A stretch of DNA of 64,000 nt from Camelus ferus (Eukaryota). A program made the position numbers and the translations under genes. Shown in pieces: positions 1 to 12,056 of this stretch. The DNA is taken from the NCBI RefSeq assembly GCF_009834535.1, contig NC_045697.1:60204001-60268000 (forward strand). The letters are read 5' to 3'. Under the pieces are notes generated by a model, which saw only the letters and a list, made by a program, of their open reading frames with translations, made no database searches and was not told the DNA's origin. The first letter of the stretch is position 1. Each line of letters starts with the position of its first letter.

Positions 1-329
1 TTCTAATCAGTATATAGTCTTATATATGTACAACCTCCTTGATGACATTAACCATTCCCTTTGGTGTTCTACCTCCCACCTTCAGTGCCTATTGCCTAGA
101 AATTAGAACACTCTAACTAAATGTTTGTTGAATAAAAGAGCTCTTTACAGATAGATATTTAACCTTTGCTGTCTATCATTTGATTTCAAATATTTTTCAA
201 TAATTTGATTCATTTTGATATTTTTGTGGAGAAAAATTAATATCTTTGCAATGTACTAAGTCTACATGCTTGGTTTGTGAATATACTTCCATTAATTCAA
301 CCTTGGAAAATTATCCTTTTGCCAGAAAA

Positions 330-518
330 GTCAGTGAGATTGATCAATCATAGGATCCAAATCCTTATTTCCCCTCTTTCAGTCGTCATTGTTCTATACT
401 CTCTAATGTTCACTGTCTGAAAACCACTGGTAGGTGTCTCTGCTCAACATTTTTAGTTGTTTGAGGAAAAATGTATAACTCTAGTTCTTATTAATCTATC
501 TGGCTGGAAGGAGAAGAC
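330..518 (-). mobile_element. Old L1M 5' end fragment
   Basis: 'ttttagttgtttgagg...aatctatctggctggaaggagaag' resembles the reverse complement of the L1M 5' terminus (recalled consensus). Confidence 0.55.
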
Positions 519-524
519 TGAGGG

Positions 525-1068
525 TATAGAAGTGAAAGAAATCTAATGTGAATATCAACTAAAGTAGACTTCAGAGGAAGGATCAAAACCAGGGATAAAA
601 GGAACATTTTATAATGATAAAATAATTAATTCATCCATAAGACAAAAGAATCTTAATTGTATATGCTCTTAAAAATAGACTTCAAATATATTAGTGAAAG
701 TTGATGTAACTAAAGAGAGAAGAGACAAATCCAAAAACTAAAGATAGTCTAACATCCCTCTATCATTATTTTATTGAATAAATATCTCAAGGTATCAGTA
801 AGTATATAGAAGAATTTTAAAAAGAAGAAGGAATTAAGTCTTTGGGGTTTATAATCAAATAGCTCCAAAATATACATTTTCCCAAGTATTTAAGAAACAT
901 TCACCAAGATAGAATATATGATGGGCAATAAATCAAGTCTCGATAAATTTAGAAGGTTTGAAATCATAGAGAGTACATTCTCTAATCAAAAGCATAATAA
1001 GTAAGAAATTAATAAAATATCTAGGAAAAGCAGTTATTTGGAAAATAAGCAGTACACTTCTGCACAGT
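525..1068 (+). mobile_element. Old L1 (L1M) ORF2 endonuclease-domain remnant
   Basis: A-rich; translates locally to TFTKIEYMMG (~897-926, cf. L1 EN TFSKIDHILG) and TFSNQ (cf. FSDH); many stops and frameshifts. Confidence 0.85.
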
Positions 1069-1164
1069 CTGTAGAAATGTCACTCTTAAAATTGTGATAT
1101 TGGTATTTGTTTTCCTTTTTTGTTTTCAATCTTACTGTGTGTTAAACATATGCATGAATACTTC

Positions 1165-1488
1165 TAAATATTAATTTTTAGTTTTTCTGTTTTTTCTGTC
1201 TTTAATTTCTACTTTTATTTTTGTGGTTGGTTGCTATTATTCTTACTTTAGCTTTAAAATAATCTCATCTTTGCAGCTTCTTATTGTGAATGCTTAGATC
1301 ATGGGTTTTGCACCTCTCTTCTTTTCTAATATAAGCGTGCAAAACTCTGAATTTCTCTTAAAGTGCTGCTATGTTTGCATTCCACAAGTTTTGATATCCT
1401 TTAGTATCATTATCATTCAGTTTAAAATATTTAAAATATATAATTTCCCTTGTTATTTCTTTAATTCTTGGGTTTTATAGAAATATGA
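1165..1488 (-). mobile_element. Old L1 ORF2 segment (post-EN region) in opposite orientation
   Basis: 'ttttctaatataagcg...ttccacaagttttgatat...ttcagtttaaaatattt' is the antisense of the L1 ORF2 region that follows the EN domain. Confidence 0.75.
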
Positions 1489-1499
1489 GAGATTGCCCT

Positions 1500-2690
1500 C
1501 TTAGGATACACCCACTGATAAGTTCATGAGGAAAGAAGGACACCATGTCTGCATCTTATTCTAAAGAGACAATGATAAAGTCATTACAGAGGAATTACAG
1601 TGTGTAATGATTATTAATACTACTGTGTCCACTTTTCTATAAATTTGAAATTATGCCAAAATAAGCATTTAGAAGAAAATAAAGTTGTTAGTCAATGACA
1701 AAAATATTTAGTTCAGGAACACAAGGATGGTTCAACACTGAGAACCTGTAAGTGCATTTCAATATATTACAAGATTAAGGGAGAATAACTGTATTGCTAC
1801 CTCCATAGTTTAAAATATATTAAAATTAAATATGTATTTCAAATAAAATTCAATAAAAATTAGTAACAACCATAGGATAAAAATAAAATCCTTGTTTTAG
1901 TAGAGTACATCTATGGGAAACATACTATATTTCATGTTTATAGCAAAATATAGAAAGATGCCTTTAAATTCAGAATCTAAAGTAGGATAGCCAGTTACCA
2001 TAACTACTATTGACTCTAAAATTTGAAATACTAGCAAATTAAATAGAACAATAAAACTAGAATATACATGAAAGTGTGAATATTAAATGGAAAGAAGATT
2101 CTCATCACTTTCAGAAATCATGATAATTTAAACTAATAAGAACTAATAAAGTATAGAAGATGGCTAATTATAGATCATATACAGTGAATAATATCTTTCT
2201 TATACATTATCAAAGCTAAATGAAAGTTATATAAGAAGTTTATTTTGTAGTAGGAAATATATGTGTACATACATATTACCTAGAAATAAACCTAACAAGA
2301 AAGACATGGGAATAATCTATATATATTTACTAGTCTATATAAAAAAAACAGAAATTTAAAGAATTATATTTAATGCAAGGCAAAACTCAATATTTAAATA
2401 TGTCAGTTATTTCCAGTCTATATTACTAATTCAAAGCAATGTCAGTCAGTTCTATCCAAAATATCCTTTGGAACCAGATAACCTGTTTCTAAAGTCTATC
2501 TTCAGGACTAGATGGAGTAAGAGTGGGAAATGCAAAGAAACGTTTGAAAGAATATAGTATTCTACCAAACTTAGTATCCTAGTTTGTGTTTATTAAATAA
2601 TATTTACCAAAATATATGATAATAATGTCAATTCAAATCAACATATTAATTCTGGAATAGAAAAAGAAGTAATAGAAGAGAAGAGTAAGA
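1500..2690 (+). mobile_element. Old L1 fragments (L1ME-like 3' piece, then degraded ORF2 RT region)
   Basis: 'caaggatggttcaac' (QGWFN, start of the RT region) at ~1722, followed by A-rich degenerate ORF2-like sequence. Confidence 0.7.
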
Positions 2691-2714
2691 TTAAATATGT
2701 GTATTTTATTTACT

Positions 2715-2805
2715 TATTTTTTAAATTGAAGTATAGTTAGTTAGAATTATCAGTTTCTGATGTAAGGCATAATGTTTCAGCCATACATAAAATATGTATA
2801 TTTTA
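2715..2805 (-). mobile_element. Short L1 3' end (cetartiodactyl-type)
   Basis: 'ttttttaaattgaagtatagttagttag...gtttcagccatacata' matches the other L1 tails in the window (32523, 46510). Confidence 0.75.
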
Positions 2806-3037
2806 ATGTTCAGATTTTGTTAAATTTAGTCTTTCAAATCAAAACATTGATATTGTCTGATTATAGTTATACTGGTTACATGTGAATACTTAATTATATC
2901 CAAAGATTTAGACATTTGTGTTTGTGTCCTCAGTTATATGATTAAAATTTTTTATCATCATTGTTTGTTTTACTTTATTGGACCATTTGACATAATGTGA
3001 TTTTCTGCAATGACATTTTAAAGTAAAATTAGTCTGG

Positions 3038-3089
3038 GTGTGTGTGTATGTGTGTACGCACACGCGTGTACGTACACACACACATATGC
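3038..3089. repeat. Alternating purine/pyrimidine (TG)n..(CA)n tract with central near-palindrome
   Basis: 52 bp of strict alternation; 3050-3079 is self-complementary with one mismatched pair. Confidence 0.95.
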
Positions 3090-4119
3090 CTTCTGACGTA
3101 TTCATGTGCATACTCAGGCACATGCATTTTTAAAGTTTAAGCTAGCTTGAAAAATAATTTGTGTTTTTTTTTCCCCCAGTTTTTCCTTGTTTCAGATCAA
3201 TTTATGTATTTAGGGAATTATGTGTTCTTTCTCTTACTTTCTGAAATATAAATTCTAGGCCCAGAGACTTTATTAGAGGTAATTCTTTGATAAACTTCTC
3301 ATTTTAATTTGCTCATTTGTATCATTAATGTCTTAGTATTGATTTCTTCTTGAGTCAGTTATGATGATTTTACTACATAATCTTAAAAAGGATTGGAAAT
3401 GGTATTTCATTTTGGGTTTGCACTGAACATTTGGTCAATTATACTTCTGTATTGTTTTTAACAAACAAGTCTTTCATATTCTGTTTGTCATTGCACTTTT
3501 AATGTAGCTAAATATTTTTAACAAAACATCCTCTCAACATGTAAGAAAGATACCTAAAGACTTGCATGTAATTCATTTTATTAAATTCTTTCAAAGATCA
3601 AATAAAGAAATGAAAAAGTGCTATTAACTTATCATCCAATAATTTCTCCACCCCAAGATACCAAGTGAGTGATGTGAAGTGTAAACCAACCATCTGCCTA
3701 TGCTTCATGTTTCTGTAATACACTAGTTTCCGTAATCATAATGCTAGCAAAAATTGTGTGTGCAGTCATTAGATGATTTTCTGGGCATGGTGTTCCTTCC
3801 AGATGTAATTTTATGATCATCTATTTTTTGGTTTCCTTTGCAGTTTATTCATTTAGTAGGAATTTAGTGAGTATCTTCTATGTACATTGCTCTGTACTGA
3901 AATTAGTGATTTCCAAAAAAAAGTGTAAAATATGTCTCTTACTTTCTGGGAACATTCAGTGTACATCAAAGAAAGAAACAGACAAAGGAAGAAACTATAA
4001 CAATTTAAATTTCCATACAAGGTGAAACATACAGATATGTGGTACAGAAAATAAGTGCTGTAAACAATGGAATAGACTACAGAGTCTATACAGAATAAAC
4101 TACAGACTAAATTAGAAAT

Positions 4120-4900
4120 AGAAATAACAAATGCTGGAGAGGCTGTGGAGAAACGGTGGTGGGAATTGCTGGTGGGAATACAGCTTGGTGCAGCCCCTGT
4201 GGAAAACAGTATGGAGAGTCCTCAAAAGACTAGGAATAGACTTACCATATGACCCAGGAATCCTGCTCCTGGGCATATATCCAGAAGGAACCCTACTTCA
4301 AAATGACACCTGCACCCCAATGTTTATAGAAGCACTATTTACAATAGCCAAGACATGGAAACAGCCTAAATGCCCATCAACAGATGACTATAAAGAAGCT
4401 GTGGTATATTTATACAATGGAATACTATTCAGCCGTAAAAATGACACCATAACGCCATTTGCAGCAACATGGATGTTCCTGGAGAATGTCATTCTAAGTG
4501 AAGTAAGCCAGAAAGAGAAAGAAAAATACCCATATGAGATCGCTCATATCTGGAATCTAAAAAAAAAATAAATGAACATAAATACAAAACAAAAAAAGAC
4601 TCATAGATAAAGAATACAAACTTGTGGTTGCCAAGAGGGCGGGCGGTGGGAAGGGACAGACTGGGAGTTCAAAATTTGTAGATACTGACAGGGATATGCA
4701 GAATAGATAAACAAGATTATACTGTATACCACAGGGAAAATATACAAGATATTGTGGTAGCTCACAGTGAAATATATGAATATATGTATGCTCATATATA
4801 ACTGAAAAAACTGTGCTCTACACTGGAATTTGACACAGCATTGTAAAATGACTGTAACTCAATAAAAAATGTTTAAAAACAAACAAACAAACAAAAACAA
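4120..4900 (+). mobile_element. Young 5'-truncated LINE-1: ORF2p C-terminus, 3'UTR and A-rich tail
   Basis: ORF 4131-4571 contains [38 protein letters not shown], which is L1 ORF2p C-terminus; AATAAA at 4861, then (AAAC)n. Confidence 0.97.
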
Positions 4901-4904
4901 ATCT

Positions 4905-5140
4905 AAGTCTGTCCATAGAGAACAAACATGTGGTTACCAGGAGGTAAAGTGGGTGGGAAAGGATAAATAGGGAATTTGAACTCTGTACCTGTTTGGGAGT
5001 GATGGAAATGTTAGCTATCTTGATTGTAGTGGCGATTTCATTGGTATATACATCTATCAAAATTCATCAAATTGTACATCTGAAATATATGTAATTTACT
5101 ATACAAAAATCATATCACAATGAAGGTATTAAAAAAAAAT
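4905..5140 (+). mobile_element. Additional L1 3'UTR fragments (older L1MB/MC-like end)
   Basis: 'gtgatggaaatgttagctatcttgattgtagtgg...aaaattcatcaaattgtacat...aaaaaaa'. Confidence 0.8.
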
Positions 5141-5459
5141 AATCAGAATCTTGACGTAACTAGAGAGTGGATAATAAGTAAATTTCAGAAGTCAAGGGGA
5201 TTAGAAAGATAATTGGAAAATTAAGTATTTGAAATAAGTATTTTTTAAAAAGTAACTCCTACTTTCATTTCAATACAGTTTTGGTGATGTTGGCCCAATA
5301 GAAGACTAAGTGATTATCATACATTAACTATTTTAAAAATGGAGAAGCTGTGATGTTAAAGTCTTTCTTCAGGGAAAAAATGCATTATCTTTATATTTAT
5401 ATTCCCTGATGAATCATTTTTTCTTATTTTCAGAAATATATATATATATATATATATAT

Positions 5460-5930
5460 GTTGAACATCCATTTTATATCAGGCACATATATATATATAG
5501 ACACTTGAGCAAAGCCATGAACAAGAAAATTACTCTGGCTCTCATAGAATTTCATTCTAGCAACAAGAACAATGATTTAATAAATCAAATAATGTGTGTT
5601 TTTTGACAAGAGATGTAACTAAGTTGAGGGTTCATAGAAGGTCACCTAGATATAAGTTTGATTTGCCAATATATGCATTAGAGAAATATCATAGGACCTT
5701 CAGTGTGGAAAATAACTAGATGTGTCAATCCTGGACACAGAAAAATATGTAAAGAGCTTTTGTAGAACTCCAAGCAGGAGATGGTGATGATTTGGAATAA
5801 CAAGTGAGAACTAGCTTGGAAAGAATGACTAGATTAGAAAAACATTTGACACAAGCTCTGGCTCATGTCAGTTTATTGTTGAGAGGGACCAAGCAGGGAA
5901 AAGGTGTGAAGTAATGATTTCCAGTTTCCA
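5460..5930 (-). mobile_element. L2 fragments
   Basis: 'ttgaacatccattttatatcaggcac...ctggctctcatagaatttcattctag' resembles antisense L2 3' end. Confidence 0.6.
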
Positions 5931-6017
5931 AGCCTAAAACTCTCTTAATCCATTGCCTGATACATAACATAATGCTTTGGTTACGAGTTAAGAAAACTCT
6001 GCTTGGTCTGGATGATG

Positions 6018-6203
6018 CAGGAGTCGACAAACTAAGTGGTCCAGGACCAAGTTTCCCCTGCTACTTGTTTTGCAAATCAAGTTTTATTACAACTCAGCTC
6101 TTCCCATCATCAGAGTTGAGTAGTTGCACCTGAAACAGTATAGTCCACAAAGCTTAAAATATTTACGATCTAACTCTTCACAGAGAAAAGTTTACTGATT
6201 TGA
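6018..6203. mobile_element. MER58A-like hAT-Charlie DNA transposon
   Basis: 'caggagtcgacaaact...gtccacaaagcttaaaatatttacgatctaactcttcacagagaaaagtttactga'. Confidence 0.8.
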
Positions 6204-6699
6204 GGGTAAAGCAAAACAATGCAATTCATCAGAGTTTATTTGGCTTTAGATATTCACTGTTATCAGGACTCCGCCTCTATCTTTTAGCTTTGCTTTCATG
6301 TTGGCTTCTTTGTTGTGCTCAGCAGCTTGCTCCATGAAGAGATAGCAAGATCACTGCACCAGTTTAGAAGCAGAGCCCAAATAGAGCAAATCTTTCCCCA
6401 AAAGTTTAGCAAAATTCCATGAAGTCATTTTACACATCTAGGTCTGGACCTCATACAATTTCCAGCGTCATGGATGAAATGAGACCCAAAACTCACATGG
6501 AGTATAAGGGAGGATTTGGAGTCTCCCAAGGAAAGTCATGGTGCTATTAACTTCATACCAGTAAGAAAACTTAATAGAGGTTGAAGACATTGTGAACAGA
6601 GAATAAATTTGATTTTGAGAAAAAAAAATTTTGAGAACAAATTAATTTTTGTCATAATGAGATAAAGAAAAAATACAACAATAATAAAATCTAACACAT

Positions 6700-6840
6700 A
6701 AAGCACACACCACGTACTAGTCATAGTTTGATGTTTAGAGGACTTTACCTATATTGATTCTTTTATATATCACAATGCTGCTATCAGGTAGATACTATTG
6801 TACCCTTGTTACAGATGAGAAAATTGAGGCAAGTCAAAGG
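6700..6840 (-). mobile_element. MIR SINE
   Basis: MIR core 'ttacagatgagaaaattgaggc'. Confidence 0.7.
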
Positions 6841-9800
6841 TATATAAAAATAAAAACAGCCAACTAATACTTTTAATTTACTATTTGCTAGACATTTTGC
6901 TAAGTACTATAAGAAACAATAAGATAGTGTTTCTTACTCTTTTTCCTGACAACACATATTGAGGAGCCACCGTTCTAAGCATCAAGTGCTAAGCAATTTA
7001 CAAAAAGACAAAGCCTCTGTCATTTTGAAAATTACGATCTACTATGACATAACAGGAAATGCTAGCTTTCAGTACCCATATAGCATTAGCAAAGTATGAT
7101 AGGATGCTGTCCTTTTAAATAAATACTGAATGTTTAGCTCAATTCTCTCTACGTAGATGTGGCCTATGAATTAACATTATACCAGATATCTTTTTCCTTG
7201 AGTGTCAGTGTAAGTTTTGAGGGAAGGGAAGATAAACAAATATCTTTATCTGCTGTAAGATGTTCCCTCTGTGTATATAAAGAAAATTGTAACTATTTTT
7301 AAAAGAAGGGTTAAATTTATTTAACTTAATACATGTAAATGATGATTATTATAGGATGTAGGGAGGGGAAGATTAGGATTACAGTTAATTATTGAAGACT
7401 TGCAGAATGCCAAGTACTCTTCAGTTAACCCACATTTAAAACTGGCATTGCCATAAAACAATTTTACCAGCCTAGAAATTCCACTGGGTCCTTGGCTTCT
7501 AATGCATCATAGCCTGGAAAGACAGGGTTTGAACTCAGTTGGTTACAGCTGGAGCCAGTGGCATGCTCCTCTTCACTGCCTGCTGCTGCCTCCCCCAACA
7601 GAGCCCCAGTGCTTACATGGGTGCTGATTGTTCTCCATCTTGTGAGATCTGAGGCTTCGCAGCTGACTTGGTGAGTAGAAAGAAAATTACAGTCCCTTAC
7701 TGATATCCCCAAAGTTGGGAGAGTGGCTGCAAACATCCTACATGACTGTAAGAGTAGGAGATTTGTGAACTCACTGTTTTCCTGACTCCCATAGTGCAGA
7801 ATGTGAATTCAGGCAGAGATGGGCTCTGTCCTCCACTCTATAAGCAAGAGTGAGGCTCCTAGAGGGGCCCTGAGGTGGCTTTTTCTACCTCTGACCCCTG
7901 GGCGTACAGTTGCTATGGTCCTCTTTTACACCAAGCTGATCACAGGACAAACTGATACATAAAAAGCCCATAATGAAAGGAGATAGTTATGAAGAACAGG
8001 CTTCATCTGGGAAAGAAACCAAGGGTCAGCTTCCTCAGTGTGTGTGCTTGTGAGGAAACTACTGTCCTCACGGTTCTCACATGCAGAAATCACAGGTGCT
8101 CTGCTCTTAGGTTATTTACTTTGCGTCTTTTTTACATACTTTTTAAATGACAAGACTGTTTTCTGTTACAACAAAATAGAATATGGGGAGGTGTAATAAC
8201 AATGTTTCAGTAATAAAGATAACATATAAAAAGTAGTTAAATTTATATGTTTGACAGATGGGGACATAGTATCTTTGATTCAGAGTATTTAGAATATATT
8301 CATTATTCTAGATGGATAAATTATATATTTTCTTTAGATATAAATAAACTTATTTTGTGATTATATAAGAAAAAAACTTTTGCGGTTTTTATAAATTCAT
8401 AAGCTACTTCCTGAGAATCTGAAACCAAAATTAATCTTAACTGTATTAATCATGTTAGTTATTCTATTCAGACAGTTATGTAGTTTGCATCACCTAAGTG
8501 GTATGCAGAATTTACACTCAGGAAATTTAGCTGGATTTATATACATATATATTTTTCTTCAGAAAAGAATATTAAAGAGGAAATTAATAATAACAATAAT
8601 AATAACAACAATAGTCATGGGGAACATTGATCACATTACACTTGAAATACCAATGCACCAAAGGATTGAGACAATGATATTTTCTTTTAGATCAGATGAT
8701 CTAAATAATTGCCTCAGTCTTCTATTTCATTTCCCTAAGCTAGATTCTTAAGACCTTTCTGCTATGTGGCAGTTAGGGGTGTGCCAAGTGGATAAAATAA
8801 TAACTCAGAAAGCTGCTTGCTAAACCCTCTTATTACAGGTCTCATTTTTAATGTGATTTAGGCAACCTTATATAGGCATATTGTCTGAGCTAAACCTAAC
8901 ACAGTTCTGTTTTCTGACCTCAAATCCCAAAAACCTTTAGTTCTGCTTGAGGTATTATTATCACTATCACTGTCTCATAAGCTTGCTAATATTTAAATGC
9001 TGATAGAGTTATAGATATAGATGTGTAGGTGTAGATAGAGATAAATCCTCTTCAAAGAAATTTCAGTCCATGGCACGTTAAGCACAAAGAGAGGATGTTT
9101 ATGTTTGTGTTATGTGTGTTAATAACACACAGGAAAATGTCTAGTTCCTTGAAGCAAATTTAGGGAAGGAAGGCATTACACTATGCTAATACGCATAAAT
9201 GACAGCTATCCTGATAAATGGATTTGTTCTATAAAATAATTAAAATGTTATTCAGTAGTTGAGTACTGTTTAACATTTAAGATTTTATTGACCTCCTCAC
9301 CCTCAACCACATTTTCTATTGTTTTTCCTGGGAACTGACTTCTCAATCTGGGAAACTGTCATTTTGACAGGGGTTAACGCCAAAGATCATCTTCCTGCGG
9401 TGTCAAGTTACTAGAGAGACAGCTGTGGTGGGATTTGCTTTCTATTAAAGTTAGTTTGGAGGAGAATGTGAGGCCCCCAGGTACACCGTTACAGCAGAGG
9501 TTTTCAAAGTAGTGCCTGGCTGGTGGCCACTTTGAACTGTGGTATACTGATATTGCTAAAGTGTCTTTATTTCCCTTTACCATTAGAGGTATTAAATGTA
9601 AATGTTTGACAAGCACTTTTTACGAAGTGGAATCTTCTATTACTTATTTGCTTATTAGTTTTCAAAATCCAGAGAAAAAGTGTAGTTTTATACAACAGTA
9701 TTTGTAAATGTTTGTTTTTATGCTGTCTCCCAAATTATACAATGTCATCTCCATTAGAGGTCCTTCTGCTTGTTCAAAACATTAAAAATTATCCATGAAT

Positions 9801-10414
9801 ACTGAATTATTGTCATGCTATATGCAAGTTTTAGAGTTTCCTTACAATTTTTACCAATCCAAAATTATAATGGTGAAGGAGAATGTGATATATACAGAAT
9901 CTTTCTAAATGGAAAAGGTTAAAATATCTGTGTGGCTTTAGGAGTCTAGACTCTCAGTACCCAGATATGGAAGAATTAATCACCAGTGACTAATATATAT
10001 TTTGTGTAGTTTGAATTTTATTAATTTGCATAATGAAGGGAACTTCAGCCTGTTGTAATCCATGGAAAATCAATCATTTCACGTACAGTGTTCACTTCCC
10101 AGCTTTGGAACTCTAGTGCCTGGAAATGATAAAGTAGTTCCCAGAACTTCAGTGTTAATTACAGTGTAGTACATCATCGGGGCCCTCATTTGGGAAAAAA
10201 ATCTTTCAGAGATCTGTATTACATGGCTGGCCACTTCAAATACAGTTGTAATTGTATGAGAGATTATTTTTCCTCATTTTGATTTTAAGTATTTCCCTAC
10301 TAAGTTGTATCAAAGATATTTATTTTATATTCTTTTGCAGACAACATTTTAGGGGAAATAAAACTAACTCTAATAAATATCATAACATTGTTTTGATCCA
10401 GGGTATGGTAGTGG

Positions 10415-10915
10415 ATATTGTGAAACTGTCCAGATTCCCTCTTTGAGGCCTCTGAGGCACCCATTTTCCCAGCTTTGGGAATAGCAAGGCTGAGACCATT
10501 CACAGCTGCAACATTCAACTGGGAATTGCCTTCCACCACAGGGAACTACATAGCTCAAGATGATGCCCTTGCTGGAATGCATCCTGAGGCCAGTTGCTGG
10601 CCAAGGTTGGGGAGAGGATACAAGAGTCTAACTCCCATGCCTTGGTTTGGGACCATGATGAAGGCCCAGCCCAGCCCCAGAGCTCCTCGCAGCATCAGCT
10701 GACCCTCCCACTGTTGCCGTGCTGTTGATCTCTTCTCCCTCTGCCTTAGCCTGAATTTCTCACTTCTTTATTGGTATATATTCCAAGAGCACTCCACAAC
10801 AAAGCTTCTTCTACCTTCTATCCACCATTTCATGGTCTGTTCCAGGAAACCCATATAACACAATTATGCTTGGAGTGGTCTTAGGAAACAGACTCTAAAA
10901 TGAGAATTTAGGGCT
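10415..10915 (+). mobile_element. LTR16-like ERVL LTR with start of internal sequence
   Basis: 'ggcccagcccagccccagagctcc', 3' end 'gtctgttccaggaaaccc...aca', then 'ggagtggtcttaggaaacagactctaaaatg' resembling the ERV3-16A3 internal start. Confidence 0.7.
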
Positions 10916-11704
10916 GGATCTCATGCTAATGTATTGGATATTCATGACAGTATATGTTAACTTATCCACATGTCCTTTCAAGAAACCGTCAAAGTTGCCT
11001 TGTAGAACATCATCTTAAAATTTAGGTTTATAAATATTTCATATCAGTTACTCAGTCTTCTGAATAGCAGAATCCAAATGAATCTTTCATTCTGCTTGTT
11101 ATGTATTCTATTGTTTATTGTCAGATTCAATAATTTATATTTCCATTTGTTCTAAAATAAATACCAACACAAAAATAAAATCTTTGACAGAAGTCAACTT
11201 GTCCCATTTTAACCATTACTCACATGTAGAAAATACTGTTTTTGACAAAAACAGTAGTAGTAACAAAAGCTACCACTATTCACTGTACGATGCATACTAG
11301 GAGCTTTAGACCGATTCTTTCATTTCACTTCACCCCAATTATTCAAGGAAAGTTTTTTTAATCAACAAATAAATTTCATTTATCTAATCCTCACTGCAAA
11401 TTACAGATTAAATTTTTAACAATTTTTTAAAAAAAAACATAATTTATAGAAATGTTAAGTAAAGACAAATGCCATAAAGATAATAAATGGCATAAGACAG
11501 TATCAAACCCAGATGAGAGGGATTTCAAACCCCAAGGGCTTCCCGTATGCCATGTAACTTCTTAGAGAGTGAAGAAACTAAGTCTGGGACACGTTTATGG
11601 ACTCCATTACATTAGAAAAAACAATCATATACAGACAATGTAAATTTAGAAGGAATGAAAAAAGGAGGTGAAGGAGGAGGCGGAGGAAGTTATTATAGCC
11701 CAGC

Positions 11705-11957
11705 TATAGACATTCACTGTAGTCTATACGGAGAGCTGATGGTAATAGAGGCTGAGCCCTAAAAGGAAGTATTCCAAGAGACAAGACATGAAAGATGCCA
11801 GTCTTCAAACTTGGACCCAGAAACTGGCACAGCATAACTTCTACCTTATTCCACTGGGCAAAGCAATCACAGACTTTCAGTGTTTGAAAGGGGATATAGA
11901 CCAAATGTATTGATGTGAGAGAGTGAAAAAAGTATGGTTATCATTAATTTACTACAG
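11705..11957 (-). mobile_element. MLT1 (MaLR) LTR fragment
   Basis: 'cagaaactggcacagcataacttctaccttattccactgggcaaagcaatcacag...tactaca'. Confidence 0.75.
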
Positions 11958-11998
11958 CCTTAAAGTAACAGGGTGAATATTTAGTGGAAGATACATAG

Positions 11999-11999
<1 letters not shown>

Positions 12000-12056
<57 letters not shown>
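12000..12056. repeat. (TG)n microsatellite, ~28 units with one interruption
   Basis: Directly visible. Confidence 0.99.

Noticed and set aside
4131..4571. 146-aa ORF as a host gene
   Set aside because: It is a 5'-truncated L1 ORF2p C-terminus with internal frameshifts.
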